Origin: a virus | Taxonomy: Duplodnaviria; Caudoviricetes | Reading direction: 5' to 3' (one strand) | Length of the DNA stretch: 64,000 bases | Virus record (IMG/VR): IMGVR_UViG_3300021087_001082 | Coordinates: 1-64,000 of that record | Shown: in pieces, positions 8,196 through 17,440 of the stretch | How the letters are laid out: every line of letters begins with the position of its first letter | Numbering within the stretch: position 1 is the first letter of the stretch | Made by a program: the position numbers and the translations under genes | The notes under the pieces: model-generated | What the model saw: only the letters and a program-made list of their open reading frames with translations | What the model was told of the DNA's origin: nothing | The model's database searches: none

Positions 8196-10145
8196 ATGTT
8201 GCCAAAGAAAAAAGATAATTTAGAAAATCCGTTAGGTTATCCACTAGAAGAACATTTGCCTGAAATTAAATCCATAATAGGAAAATATAATAATACTTTA
8301 TATACACCTAATGGTATAACTAGTGATTGGTCAAATTATAAATTACATTTACAACAAACTAAACCTAATTTAAAACCTAGAGTTTTATTTCTTAGTCATG
8401 ATATAAGTGAAATAGAAAATATTACTTTAATGGCATTGGGTGGTATAGTTCGTGACATGAATGGTGAACGATATTATTTGTTAGTTAATGAAAGTAATAT
8501 ACACAAAACATATGAAGTAATAGAACAATTTAAACCCGATTGGATAGGAATTAGTTTATATACCGGTGTCAGTAATTATTTTTTTGATTGGGTTAAACAA
8601 TATAAATTTTCAAATAAAAAAACAATACCTATAATAATTGGCGGTCATTATAATAATTATAATTTTAAAGAAGCAAAAGAATTTGGTGGAGATTATGTTG
8701 TAAGAGGAAAGGGAATTAATATTTTTAGAGATATATTATTAGGATTATATCGACCAGGAATATATCACGATCCTATGCCTTATGCTAATATTCCTCGTAT
8801 GGATAGAGAAAAATTTTATGAAGACACTTTTAATTTTTCAGACAAAACTAAAATATATGCATTGAGTGAAGTTAAATCTGTTCTTACTGCTCTTGGTTGT
8901 GCATATTCTTGCACATATTGTTATATAAGTTCTTTAATAGAAAATTTAAAAGAAGCATATGATGGATCAAATATTTTACCTCCTAGTATAATACAAGATA
9001 GACCAATAGAAACTCTAATCGAAGAAGGTAAAGATATATTAAGATTAGATGAAAAATATAATATTAAAACAACAGCGATATTTGATCAAGCAGATATTTC
9101 TCTTAATAATATTAAATGGTGGAAAGAGTTAAGTGTTAGATGGAAAGAAATTAATATACCATTTTATATACAAGCTAGACCAGGAATGTTGGCGGGTAAA
9201 GGTGGTAAAGATAGAATAAATATTATTTCAAAAAATAACATAGTAGCAGGTATATCTATGGCAATAGAATCGGGTGATCCTAATATTAGAAAATTATTAT
9301 TAGACAGACACGAATCTAATGAAACTATCATAGATGCTATTAACAATGTTAAACAATTTAATATAGAATTAAGAACACAAGCAATAGTCGGATTACCAAC
9401 AGTTAAACCAAAACAATATGTAAAGCCATCTAAGGACTTGCCGTTAAAAGAATATTATTATGAAGACCCTATACAAGAGTCTTTAAAATGTTTAGATCTA
9501 ATTTCTAAATCTAATTTTAGAAAAGAAGATTATTATTGGAATGCACTCTATTCCCCATTTCCGGGAACCCCTTTAGGAGATTATTCTGTTGCTGCTGGAT
9601 TTGCTAATGATAATACAAACTCCAATATATATCAATTTACACAAGATAGTGGATTAAATTGTTTCACAGGAAATATACTAAAAAGACAAATTGCATTTAG
9701 CCAAACATCAAATTTTTTCTCGCATTTAAAAAATGCAAAGGACATGATGACATTATTTCTTTATGGGAATAACGATTTTGATTTGAATGTATATGCAGAT
9801 TTTATTAATAAGAATCGGAAATTATTTAAATTTAAACAACAATCAAATAATAAAGAAATATTTCCTGATGTAAATAAACATGAGTTAAAACTATTTTTTG
9901 ATTATGCATATAAAAACAATAAACCTTTTAAAAAAATAAATCTTAAATTAATACCATATTATCTAAATTTATATGATGGTATTATTTTGGCTGCAAAAGT
10001 AGCAGTTGACTTTTTTAATAAAGAACATTATAATTTAAAAGAATTTTATAGAACAGAACGATTGCATTATTATGATTACAACTATAATAAACATTATATT
10101 CCCAAAGAATATAAAGAATTTCTAACAAATTTATTATCTTATTGA
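8196..10145 (+). CDS. B12-binding-domain radical SAM protein
   Basis: KPDWIGISLYT and IIIGGHY cobalamin-binding fold, GCAYSCTYC, AIESGD, PFPGTPL; noticeably more AT-rich than its neighbours. Confidence 0.85.
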   Translation: MLPKKKDNLENPLGYPLEEHLPEIKSIIGKYNNTLYTPNGITSDWSNYKLHLQQTKPNLKPRVLFLSHDISEIENITLMALGGIVRDMNGERYYLLVNESNIHKTYEVIEQFKPDWIGISLYTGVSNYFFDWVKQYKFSNKKTIPIIIGGHYNNYNFKEAKEFGGDYVVRGKGINIFRDILLGLYRPGIYHDPMPYANIPRMDREKFYEDTFNFSDKTKIYALSEVKSVLTALGCAYSCTYCYISSLIENLKEAYDGSNILPPSIIQDRPIETLIEEGKDILRLDEKYNIKTTAIFDQADISLNNIKWWKELSVRWKEINIPFYIQARPGMLAGKGGKDRINIISKNNIVAGISMAIESGDPNIRKLLLDRHESNETIIDAINNVKQFNIELRTQAIVGLPTVKPKQYVKPSKDLPLKEYYYEDPIQESLKCLDLISKSNFRKEDYYWNALYSPFPGTPLGDYSVAAGFANDNTNSNIYQFTQDSGLNCFTGNILKRQIAFSQTSNFFSHLKNAKDMMTLFLYGNNDFDLNVYADFINKNRKLFKFKQQSNNKEIFPDVNKHELKLFFDYAYKNNKPFKKINLKLIPYYLNLYDGIILAAKVAVDFFNKEHYNLKEFYRTERLHYYDYNYNKHYIPKEYKEFLTNLLSY

Positions 10146-10273
10146 AATCATTATAGATATTTGTTTATCAATGATATCAACACCCTCTAATTATCCTATT
10201 GAAATCATTGATAATCTTTTATCAGCAATGATATCAACGGTTTCTAATTATCCTATTGAAATCATTGATAATC
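10137..10273. repeat. ~2.5 copies of a 57-bp tandem unit upstream of an early promoter
   Basis: TATTGAAATCATT at 10140, 10197 and 10254; CAATGATATCAAC at 10169 and 10226. Confidence 0.9.
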
Positions 10274-10280
10274 ATTTCTG

Positions 10281-10309
10281 TTGCTTTTTTGGTCTAGATG
10301 TGATATAAT
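10281..10309 (+). promoter_or_regulatory. sigma70-type early promoter
   Basis: TTGCTT-N17-TATAAT with extended TG; near-identical to the promoter at 27551. Confidence 0.85.
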
Positions 10310-10344
10310 ATATACAGAGATAAAAAAACTAGCCGGAGAGAGAT

Positions 10345-11890
10345 ATGATAGAGCCAGAAGTAAGTACGATCGCAAAAGAGATGGTTGAGGGGTTCCATAA
10401 TTATGAACCACTTGTTGGCGCAACGTTAAAATCATACGTTGAGACTACAAGTTCTATTGGCCTTGTCACTGCAGATAACAGTAATTTGTTATTTGGCGGT
10501 TTCAGCTTATTCTGTTCTACACTTCCTGGTACTCAGTTCATATGTGTACCAATGGCAGTAGGTTTTGTCTACGAATGGTTCGATCAGACGATCGCACACA
10601 TGTTTTAACATACCGGTGATCAACCACCGAAGCGAAGAGTTGGGAGGGTGGCGGTTAACTTTAATTTATTATGAGAGAGATTATGCTATTACAAGAGATA
10701 TTAAGATTCATAGGAACGACCATCGTCTTTGGTGGTCTGATGTATTTAACAACAATTCTTTTCTTTGTATTATAGAGGCTGTATGGAAGATAATAATTTT
10801 TTAGTTGGTGATAAAGTAGTCATTGGAACTTCTATAAGAGAAGAAGCCGGTGAAATTAAACATCAATTTTTTACAATGACAGGACCAGCTTACGTGGTTG
10901 AATATGATGATGGAACTGCAGAAACTGCAGACCATGATGATATAATTTTAGCACCAGAAGATTTTGTTGCACCTGTTGTGGGATTTAAATATGCAACTAT
11001 TGAAATCTTGAGAGAGAAAGAAACGATTTTCGATTCACCAACATCTGGAAAATATTTTGTTCGAGAGTGGACAGTGACAGATGGAGAAAGAGAAGAGCGA
11101 TCAGGAACGTTTTTTAAAACAATGAATGAGGCTGAAAATTATGTCAATGAATATCAAAGTTAATATGAAAAATGATAATCCGTTTAAACCTAATACTAGT
11201 AGAGTTGATAGATTAGAAACTCAGATATTAATTCTTATGGAGAGAGTCGCTACATTAGAAAGGGACTTAACATATCATATAAAAGAGTCTGAAAGATGTT
11301 AACATACTTATGGAGTCAAGGAATGGTAGATACAATAGCAAAAAAAGTTGCTGAAGAACCTACTGATTTTCAAATTGCAGAACAAATATTGGATAATGTA
11401 CCTCAACATGTGATTGATGAGGAACGTGGAGATATGATTAGAATGTTGAGAAAGGAACAAGCTCAACGTGAAATGTATGATGATCCTTATATGAATTGGT
11501 CAGGTCATAGATGATAATAACAACTACAGCTATAATGGCGGTTCAAGCTATTATTGTTACATGGATAATGGTTACCGCACCCGAAGAATGTCCTATGAAG
11601 TATAGGAAGACAATTGAAGAAGGTGGTGTACTAGAACATCAAGGACAGCTGAATGATTATTGTGTTACCGCATCCCTACCTTATGGAAGATATTACTGGG
11701 TTTTAAAAGAAGAAGAATAATGTTGAAATATATTATTTTAGGATTTTTATTAGGCTATGCATTTAGTTTTGTTAGCCAAGATTGGTACATGTTTTTTCAT
11801 CTTCACTTTATTAAAGCTTGTAGATGGGCAGAATTACCACACGAAGTTTGGGCATTCATGGATCAATATATATTTTTCGGGGCCTTATAA
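10345..11890 (+). CDS. cluster of small early hypothetical proteins (10345-10608, ~10783-11163, 11296-11514, 11511-11720, ~11720-11890)
   Basis: tandem + strand ORFs downstream of the early promoter; no recognisable domains. Confidence 0.55.
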
Positions 11891-11964
11891 CTCGCAGTGT
11901 CCGAGTGATTAGGAGATGGTCTGCAAAACCATTTACGTTGGTTCGATTCCAACCTGCGAGTCCA
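11891..11964 (+). tRNA. tRNA-Cys(GCA)
   Basis: CTCGCAG/CTGCGAG acceptor, ATGGT-CT-GCA-AA-ACCAT arm, U73 and CCA. Confidence 0.94.
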
Positions 11965-11972
11965 CTTTTACC

Positions 11973-12001
11973 TTGACATTTTATTTTTAATGTAGTATAA
12001 T
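11973..12001 (+). promoter_or_regulatory. sigma70-type early promoter
   Basis: TTGACA-N17-TATAAT. Confidence 0.85.
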
Positions 12002-12168
12002 ATAACTTTATAATAATTAACAGAAAGGAATAAGCATGGAAGCTATGACACATTGTTCTGAAATAATATCTACTCTCACAACTACACATCTTATTGGGGG
12101 TATAATGTTCTTCGCTATGGCATTTTGTTTAGGAGCACTTTTTGAAAAGATACAGCAGGAGAAAGCGA

Positions 12169-12378
12169 ATGCAGTCAGGTAAGCGAGTCCGACAAGAGAA
12201 TGCTTTAAAGCGTTTAGAGAAAACCGTGATCGCTCATACTGCGGGTCCGGAATTGGTAAATAAGATTTTGGGGGATAAAAAACTCTCCAAAACTTCCGAT
12301 GAGATAGAAAAAATTCGGAAGAAAAAACTGGTCCGCGCCCAGCTAACAATTGATAATACAAAAGCGCGATTAAGATAG
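12169..12378 (+). CDS. small basic hypothetical protein
   Basis: AGGAGA SD before ATG 12169 (MQSGKRVRQ...). Confidence 0.55.
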   Translation: MQSGKRVRQENALKRLEKTVIAHTAGPELVNKILGDKKLSKTSDEIEKIRKKKLVRAQLTIDNTKARLR

Positions 12379-12655
12379 GTATACCGAGGCGGTGGCTAGA
12401 AGGTCAGCCCTCCCTAAACTGGAGCAGGGGATCTTCGAAGGCTGGAGGTAATGTAGTACATCAACTACATTATTGCTCACTGGGTGATGGCCTCACCAAG
12501 CACCTTATCGATGTCTTTCCATATAAGGAAAGACTTAACGGTTTGGGAAATTTTCCTAACTACATCTTAACGCGTTGAGATGACAATTGGAAATGCTGGT
12601 GACCAGGTGTAGGTATACTAGGAGAAGGGGGTTCCTGATCAGGGCTCCCTTGTCC
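12378..12655 (+). ncRNA. putative multi-hairpin ncRNA, unknown class (~240 nt plus 3' hairpin)
   Basis: GGTATACC/GGTATACT closing helix (12378-85/12612-19) encloses hairpins TAATGTAGT/ACTACATTA, GTCTTTCC/GGAAAGAC and CATCTTAA/TTGAGATG; strong hairpin at 12621-12655. Confidence 0.65.
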
Positions 12656-12680
12656 GTTAACAATTAGAAAGGAATTATTA

Positions 12681-13046
12681 ATGCATTATTGCTTCGATAT
12701 TGATGGTACTATTTGTACTAACAGAGATACAGTAAGAAAAGAAAAAAATGATAATACGATTACTTATATGGATATGGAACCATGGCAGGATCGGATCGAT
12801 CATATAAACGCTCTATATGATAAAGGTCATCGTATTATAATGTGGACAGGAAGAGGTTGTAGAACTTATTCTGATAATCCAGAATTTTGGAAACCACAGA
12901 CTGCAGAACAATTAAAAAAATGGGGTGTTAAGTACCATGAATTAATTGTAGGTAAACCTTTTTTTGATGTATACATTTGTGACAAATCTCAAAACTCTGA
13001 AGCATGGTTTTCTATTAGTGAGGCATTAGACGGCGATGCCCTTTGA
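12681..13046 (+). CDS. HAD-superfamily phosphatase (capsule-biosynthesis phosphatase-like)
   Basis: FDIDGT motif I, WTGR motif II, GKP..DVYICDK. Confidence 0.85.
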   Translation: MHYCFDIDGTICTNRDTVRKEKNDNTITYMDMEPWQDRIDHINALYDKGHRIIMWTGRGCRTYSDNPEFWKPQTAEQLKKWGVKYHELIVGKPFFDVYICDKSQNSEAWFSISEALDGDAL

Positions 13047-13326
13047 AGTTAAAACGAAGCAATATGAAACCCATATACAAGGTAAGGAATTTAAACCGAT
13101 GAAAGCTATATTAGAATTTGAATTGCCTGAAGACTATGAGAACTATCTTCAATCACAATACGGTATGAATTGGTCTTTAGCTATGTGGGATTTAGAACAG
13201 TATTGCAGAAATGAGATTAAACACCGAGAAGAATATTATTCAGAGGGGGAACAGGAAGTTTTACAAACAGTCCGTGATAAGATAGTAGAGATCATGAACG
13301 AATATAATTTAAAATACCCAACATAA
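13036..13326 (+). CDS. hypothetical protein
   Basis: 96 aa ORF ending at tRNA-Tyr. Confidence 0.6.
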   Translation: MPFEVKTKQYETHIQGKEFKPMKAILEFELPEDYENYLQSQYGMNWSLAMWDLEQYCRNEIKHREEYYSEGEQEVLQTVRDKIVEIMNEYNLKYPT

Positions 13327-13411
13327 GGGGAGGCTGTGCAATGGTGAGCTCAACAGACTGTAAATCTGCCGTCTTTCGACTGTGATGGTTCGACTCCATC
13401 CCTCCCCACCA
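13327..13411 (+). tRNA. tRNA-Tyr(GTA)
   Basis: GGGGAGG/CCTCCCC acceptor, CT-GTA-AA loop, type II variable arm, ACCA; position 8 is C rather than the usual U. Confidence 0.92.
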
Positions 13412-13421
13412 AAGGAATATT

Positions 13422-13739
13422 ATGAGTATAACAGAAGGTGCTTTATATGATAGATTTGATCTAGAAGAATCTATAGTACAGTTAGGACAAATTTCAGATG
13501 ATGTAAAATTACTATCTGAGAATGTTATGGAGAATCTTGATATTAATACTGATACAATTGTTAATGCATTAACGGGATTAGAGACAATACATAATATGCG
13601 TTTTGATAAATGCATTGAAGTATTAGAATATGTTATTGGTACAAAGATATTAGATAATAAAAATTATAATCATCCTAATTTAGTAAAAAAGGTCCCAAAA
13701 GACGAATGGGATGAGACAGGAAGTTTTCAGGACTTCTAA
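13422..13739 (+). CDS. hypothetical protein
   Basis: 105 aa ORF with AAGGA SD. Confidence 0.65.
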   Translation: MSITEGALYDRFDLEESIVQLGQISDDVKLLSENVMENLDINTDTIVNALTGLETIHNMRFDKCIEVLEYVIGTKILDNKNYNHPNLVKKVPKDEWDETGSFQDF

Positions 13740-13744
13740 AATTA

Positions 13745-13752
13745 TATAAATA
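13745..13752 (+). promoter_or_regulatory. T4-type late promoter
   Basis: TATAAATA upstream of an acidic head-core-like gene. Confidence 0.75.
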
Positions 13753-13792
13753 AAGTAAATAAGAAACTGACAATAAATTACGGAGTGTATCA

Positions 13793-14503
13793 ATGTCGGA
13801 TAAGGAAATACAAGAAGAAGTAAATAATGACGATGCAACTGAGGTTATGGAGACTCCTTCGAATCCTGCGTCAGAACTGGTGGATTTAGTCCTATCCGGT
13901 GAGCTACACGCAGCCAATGAGAAGTTCCATGGAATCGTTGAATCTAAAGTGGTTACAGCAATTGAAGATGAAAAATTAAAAATCGCTCAAACTCTTTTTG
14001 CAGAAGAAGATGAAGAGCCCCTTGAAGAAGCACCTAAAGCAAAAGTAAAAGAAGATGATGATGATAGTGATGACGACGAGGACGACGATGAGGAAGAAGA
14101 TAGCGGCGAAGATAAGCCAGCTCCGCCATCGGATAAGGAAGATGACGATGATGATTCAGATTCAGATGATGACGATGATTCTGGAGATAAGGCTAAACCG
14201 AAGAAGGGTAAAATACCCCCTCAATTCATGAAAAAAGAAGACGTAGAACCCGTTGATCAAAATGAAGGGATCACTGGTGATGATGATGCGAATCAAAGAG
14301 CGTTAGATAAAAACCGCGCTATGGCAAAGAAGTATGGCCAAGTTCGACAGGGTATTCCTCCTGAAAAAAAGAAAGAAGAAAAGAAAGAGGAAGTATCACC
14401 TGAACAATCTTTTGATCCAGGCGAAGAGAGTTCAAATGCTCCTATCCCTGAAGGTTCTTTCGTAGCACAAGTAGCAGATTACTTAGCTGGAAACCGTAAA
14501 TAA
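13793..14503 (+). CDS. highly acidic protein, prohead core (gp67-like) N-terminal domain
   Basis: LVDLVLSGELHAANEKFHGIVESKVVTAIEDEKLKIAQTLF resembles the T4-like gp67 core; D/E tracts; late promoter. Confidence 0.55.
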   Translation: MSDKEIQEEVNNDDATEVMETPSNPASELVDLVLSGELHAANEKFHGIVESKVVTAIEDEKLKIAQTLFAEEDEEPLEEAPKAKVKEDDDDSDDDEDDDEEEDSGEDKPAPPSDKEDDDDDSDSDDDDDSGDKAKPKKGKIPPQFMKKEDVEPVDQNEGITGDDDANQRALDKNRAMAKKYGQVRQGIPPEKKKEEKKEEVSPEQSFDPGEESSNAPIPEGSFVAQVADYLAGNRK

Positions 14504-14520
14504 GAACGCAACTTAGGATT

Positions 14521-14555
14521 GGCTGCTGCCTTTGGTAAGCACAGCCTTTCCTTTT
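14521..14555 (+). terminator. probable intrinsic terminator
   Basis: GGCTG...CAGCC hairpin followed by TTTCCTTTT. Confidence 0.5.
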
Positions 14556-14580
14556 GCTTTCCTCAATTTAAAATAATCAA

Positions 14581-14787
14581 ATGAATATTTGGTTAGAGTA
14601 TTTTAAATATAATGATAAGAGTAGTAATTATCATGCGCAGATGAAAGAGAATGTCAAGTGGAGCGCGCCTGATAAAAAAGATATCCAAAGAAGACCCTGC
14701 ATAGATAGAGAAATGGCACTAAAGATAGCTAAGTCTCTACAAGATCAAGGTTACCACGTAACTATAAAAACAGATGGGCCTATTTGA
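14581..14787 (+). CDS. hypothetical protein
   Basis: 68 aa ORF. Confidence 0.5.
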   Translation: MNIWLEYFKYNDKSSNYHAQMKENVKWSAPDKKDIQRRPCIDREMALKIAKSLQDQGYHVTIKTDGPI

Positions 14788-14830
14788 AATAGCCTACCAA
14801 TAAAACAATTACAAATAGAAATGAAAAAAA

Positions 14831-15073
14831 ATGAATCTGGAAATCAGAGGGAATGTTGTAGTTAGACATCAGTCCGTTCCCGATTGTGAATGGTGCGATA
14901 AAGCAAAAGAATTATTAGACCAAAAAGGAATGAAGTATACAGTTATTGATAGTGATAAGAAGTTGTTTTATAATCTTATGCAAGAAACAAACAGTAAGAA
15001 AGTACCACAAATTATATTAGATGGAAAATTTGTTGGTGACTATAACGATCTATTAGAACATTTTGATATATAA
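14831..15073 (+). CDS. glutaredoxin
   Basis: CEWCDKAKELL, VPQI, GKFVGDY. Confidence 0.9.
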   Translation: MNLEIRGNVVVRHQSVPDCEWCDKAKELLDQKGMKYTVIDSDKKLFYNLMQETNSKKVPQIILDGKFVGDYNDLLEHFDI

Positions 15074-15171
15074 TTAACGTCGCAACGTTCGGTCGAAGGA
15101 GGTGTTTTACTTACCGGACATAGACATGATTCGTCTAATATTTTTCTCCCTATATATTTAAAGGAGTTATT

Positions 15172-15375
15172 ATGAATAAAAGTATTAGACGAATAGAATT
15201 ACAAGATTTGGAATATGAAGTGAAGGCAGCAAGAGTTAAAGACTCGGTTGAATATGAATTGCAAATATTGGATGAAGAATATGATGTTATTCAAGCGTTA
15301 TCAAGAGATGGAGATTTAACGCCCGTTGAATTTGGATTTCACCATGATGATATCGATTATATGCGCTCTCTTTAA
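15172..15375 (+). CDS. hypothetical protein
   Basis: AAGGAG SD. Confidence 0.6.
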   Translation: MNKSIRRIELQDLEYEVKAARVKDSVEYELQILDEEYDVIQALSRDGDLTPVEFGFHHDDIDYMRSL

Positions 15376-16066
15376 AGGAAAACGACTTGGTATACCACAC
15401 TCTACAGAAATATATAACGCTGAATGGGCTGATAAATTATATCGCGGTTTAAAGAGAAACATTACAACAGATTTTGAGTTGGTTTGTTTAGTTGATGATG
15501 ACTATACATTTAAAGAACCAATCCGCGCCATTCCTTTCCTAGACCCCAACTCTCCAGGTTGGTCACTCCTAGCAGAATTATTCCGTCCAGATATTACAAC
15601 TAATCGTAGAATGATCATTGGCTTAGACACTGTTATAATGTCTAACATTGATGATATCCTTACATTCCCTTTGGATGTTGGACTATTAACAGATCCAATG
15701 TCTGGCATAGGTATCATTCCAGAGAATGAAGTATGTAATGCAATATGTATTGTTAGTGATAAGACATCTAATTATATTTGGGATGTTTGGACTAATAAAC
15801 GAGATTGGGTTTTACAACATTGTAGATTACAGCCGTGGAATACACCATCTGAATTATCAATGATGAGAAAGTTATTTAATGAAGATGGTAAAGTTCCAAG
15901 AATAGATATTGGATTCCCAGATCGTATCTTATCTTATAAAATGCATATATGTACAAATCCAAAACTATTAGAGACGGCTTCAATTGTTTACTTCCACGGT
16001 AAACCTAAATTACACCAACTAAAGAATGTTCAATTTAACATAAAGGTATTGGAGAATTGGATATGA
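15344..16066 (+). CDS. putative glycosyltransferase (GT-A, GT8-like)
   Basis: LYRGLKRNITTDFELVCLVDD, GLDTVI (DxD-like), IVYFHGKPK. Confidence 0.75.
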   Translation: MMISIICALFKGKRLGIPHSTEIYNAEWADKLYRGLKRNITTDFELVCLVDDDYTFKEPIRAIPFLDPNSPGWSLLAELFRPDITTNRRMIIGLDTVIMSNIDDILTFPLDVGLLTDPMSGIGIIPENEVCNAICIVSDKTSNYIWDVWTNKRDWVLQHCRLQPWNTPSELSMMRKLFNEDGKVPRIDIGFPDRILSYKMHICTNPKLLETASIVYFHGKPKLHQLKNVQFNIKVLENWI

Positions 16067-16812
16067 ATCCTGTACTAATGATAATGCAGCCGAGAATAAT
16101 ACCTCCGGCTATAACATCTATAAGAGAGAATTGGAACAATCCTAGAGTATGGTTTAAAGCATTTACAGAACCTCAAGTAGTAAATGAAATGAATCGGTTT
16201 GTTAGAGAATCTGACTATAGTCATTATATTGTTATATCAGATGATGCTATATGTTATAAAAGAGCTTTTGATAATGTATTAGCTAATGCACCCAAGTACG
16301 ATGTTTTCACCGGATGGTGTAATATGGAAATGTACGGAGATAAAATAAGTTCACATTCTAATGTTTCATTTCATGCATTACCATTAATAGATGAAAATGC
16401 ATCTCTTGTTAGACCTTTATATGATGACTATCCTCCTTGGGCTTCCGTTGATGAGGTATTAAGTAAAGAAGGAAATTTTCAAACCGCAATTGCAAGTTTT
16501 GCAACTAGTTGTTTTACTAGAGATATTTTATTAAAGTATCCTTTAGGAGTTTGGGAGAATGGTAAAGCTTCTGATCATCACATTTCATATAGACTTCAAA
16601 AAGATAGAATACCAATATGGACTAGTAGAGATGTTTTTGTAAGACACTTACGTCAAGGTAGAGAGTCATATTTAAAAAATACTAAAGCATGGCTAGTAGG
16701 TAATGTTCCATCACAAATAATTTATGAGTTAGATAAAAAGCAATATCAATTTGATGGACAGAGACAATATGAATATGAACCTTTATTTGTAGGGACAAAT
16801 GGCAGAATTTAA
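16057..16812 (+). CDS. putative glycosyltransferase (GT-A fold)
   Basis: HYIVISDDA (DxD-like), ASDHHISYRL...VRHL. Confidence 0.55.
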   Translation: MDMNPVLMIMQPRIIPPAITSIRENWNNPRVWFKAFTEPQVVNEMNRFVRESDYSHYIVISDDAICYKRAFDNVLANAPKYDVFTGWCNMEMYGDKISSHSNVSFHALPLIDENASLVRPLYDDYPPWASVDEVLSKEGNFQTAIASFATSCFTRDILLKYPLGVWENGKASDHHISYRLQKDRIPIWTSRDVFVRHLRQGRESYLKNTKAWLVGNVPSQIIYELDKKQYQFDGQRQYEYEPLFVGTNGRI

Positions 16813-17404
16813 TGATTGGTATAATGTAGGTTCAAATAAAATACATAAGACAGCTCTTATTAATTGGGATGTTGTTGAGATAGGTGAAAATAATATTATA
16901 GGAGCTTATACTTGTATCGGTACAGATGCTCAAAGTGTTAGAGGTAAATCTACAGGTGTTATTTCTATTGGAGATAATAATACATTTAGAGAAGCTGTTT
17001 CTGTAAATATGCCAACTGAATGGTCAAAGTTAACAGCTATAGAAGATAATTGCTATTTGATGATTAATGCTAACATAGCACATGATTGTTATGTTGAATC
17101 AAATTGTATTATTAGTAATAATGCAGCTTTTGGTGGGCACGTATATGTTATGAAAAATACAAATATAGGTTATAGTGTATCAATACATCAGTTCCAAGTT
17201 ATAGGTTCATATTGTATGCTAGGTATGGGTTCTATCGTACCTAAGGGGGCTGATCTTAAATGTGGGACATTGTGGTATGGATCCCCAGCAAAATTTAAAA
17301 AGTATAATGAAGTTGGATTGCAACGAAACGAGCTGGCAGTAGAAGATATGAAACTTGAAGATGAAAGACGACAAAAGATTATTGAAGAAAGATCTAAATA
17401 CTAA
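16799..17404 (+). CDS. LpxA-like left-handed beta-helix acyltransferase
   Basis: hexapeptide repeats; NTFREAVSV, IAHDCYV, IHQFQVIG match LpxA-family motifs. Confidence 0.8.
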   Translation: MAEFNDWYNVGSNKIHKTALINWDVVEIGENNIIGAYTCIGTDAQSVRGKSTGVISIGDNNTFREAVSVNMPTEWSKLTAIEDNCYLMINANIAHDCYVESNCIISNNAAFGGHVYVMKNTNIGYSVSIHQFQVIGSYCMLGMGSIVPKGADLKCGTLWYGSPAKFKKYNEVGLQRNELAVEDMKLEDERRQKIIEERSKY

Positions 17405-17440
17405 GCTGGGAAGGCCCACATAATTTAAGGAACCTTTAAA

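Noticed and set aside
10137-10273. Possible mini-CRISPR array (GTTTCTAATTATCCTATTGAAAT resembles repeats ending ATTGAAAN)
   Set aside because: The would-be spacers are themselves similar (both contain CAATGATATCAAC), the same boxes recur at the 27551 promoter, and no cas genes are present. It is a tandem promoter-associated repeat.
728-12655. tmRNA, RNase P RNA or SRP RNA identity for the three large RNAs
   Set aside because: No GGGG..GA 5' end with T arm and CCA, no GAGGAAAGTCC, and no SRP helix-8 motif seen. An Rfam search is still needed.
14040-14190. GAT/GAC/GAA-rich repeat tract
   Set aside because: Explained by the Asp/Glu low-complexity coding sequence.
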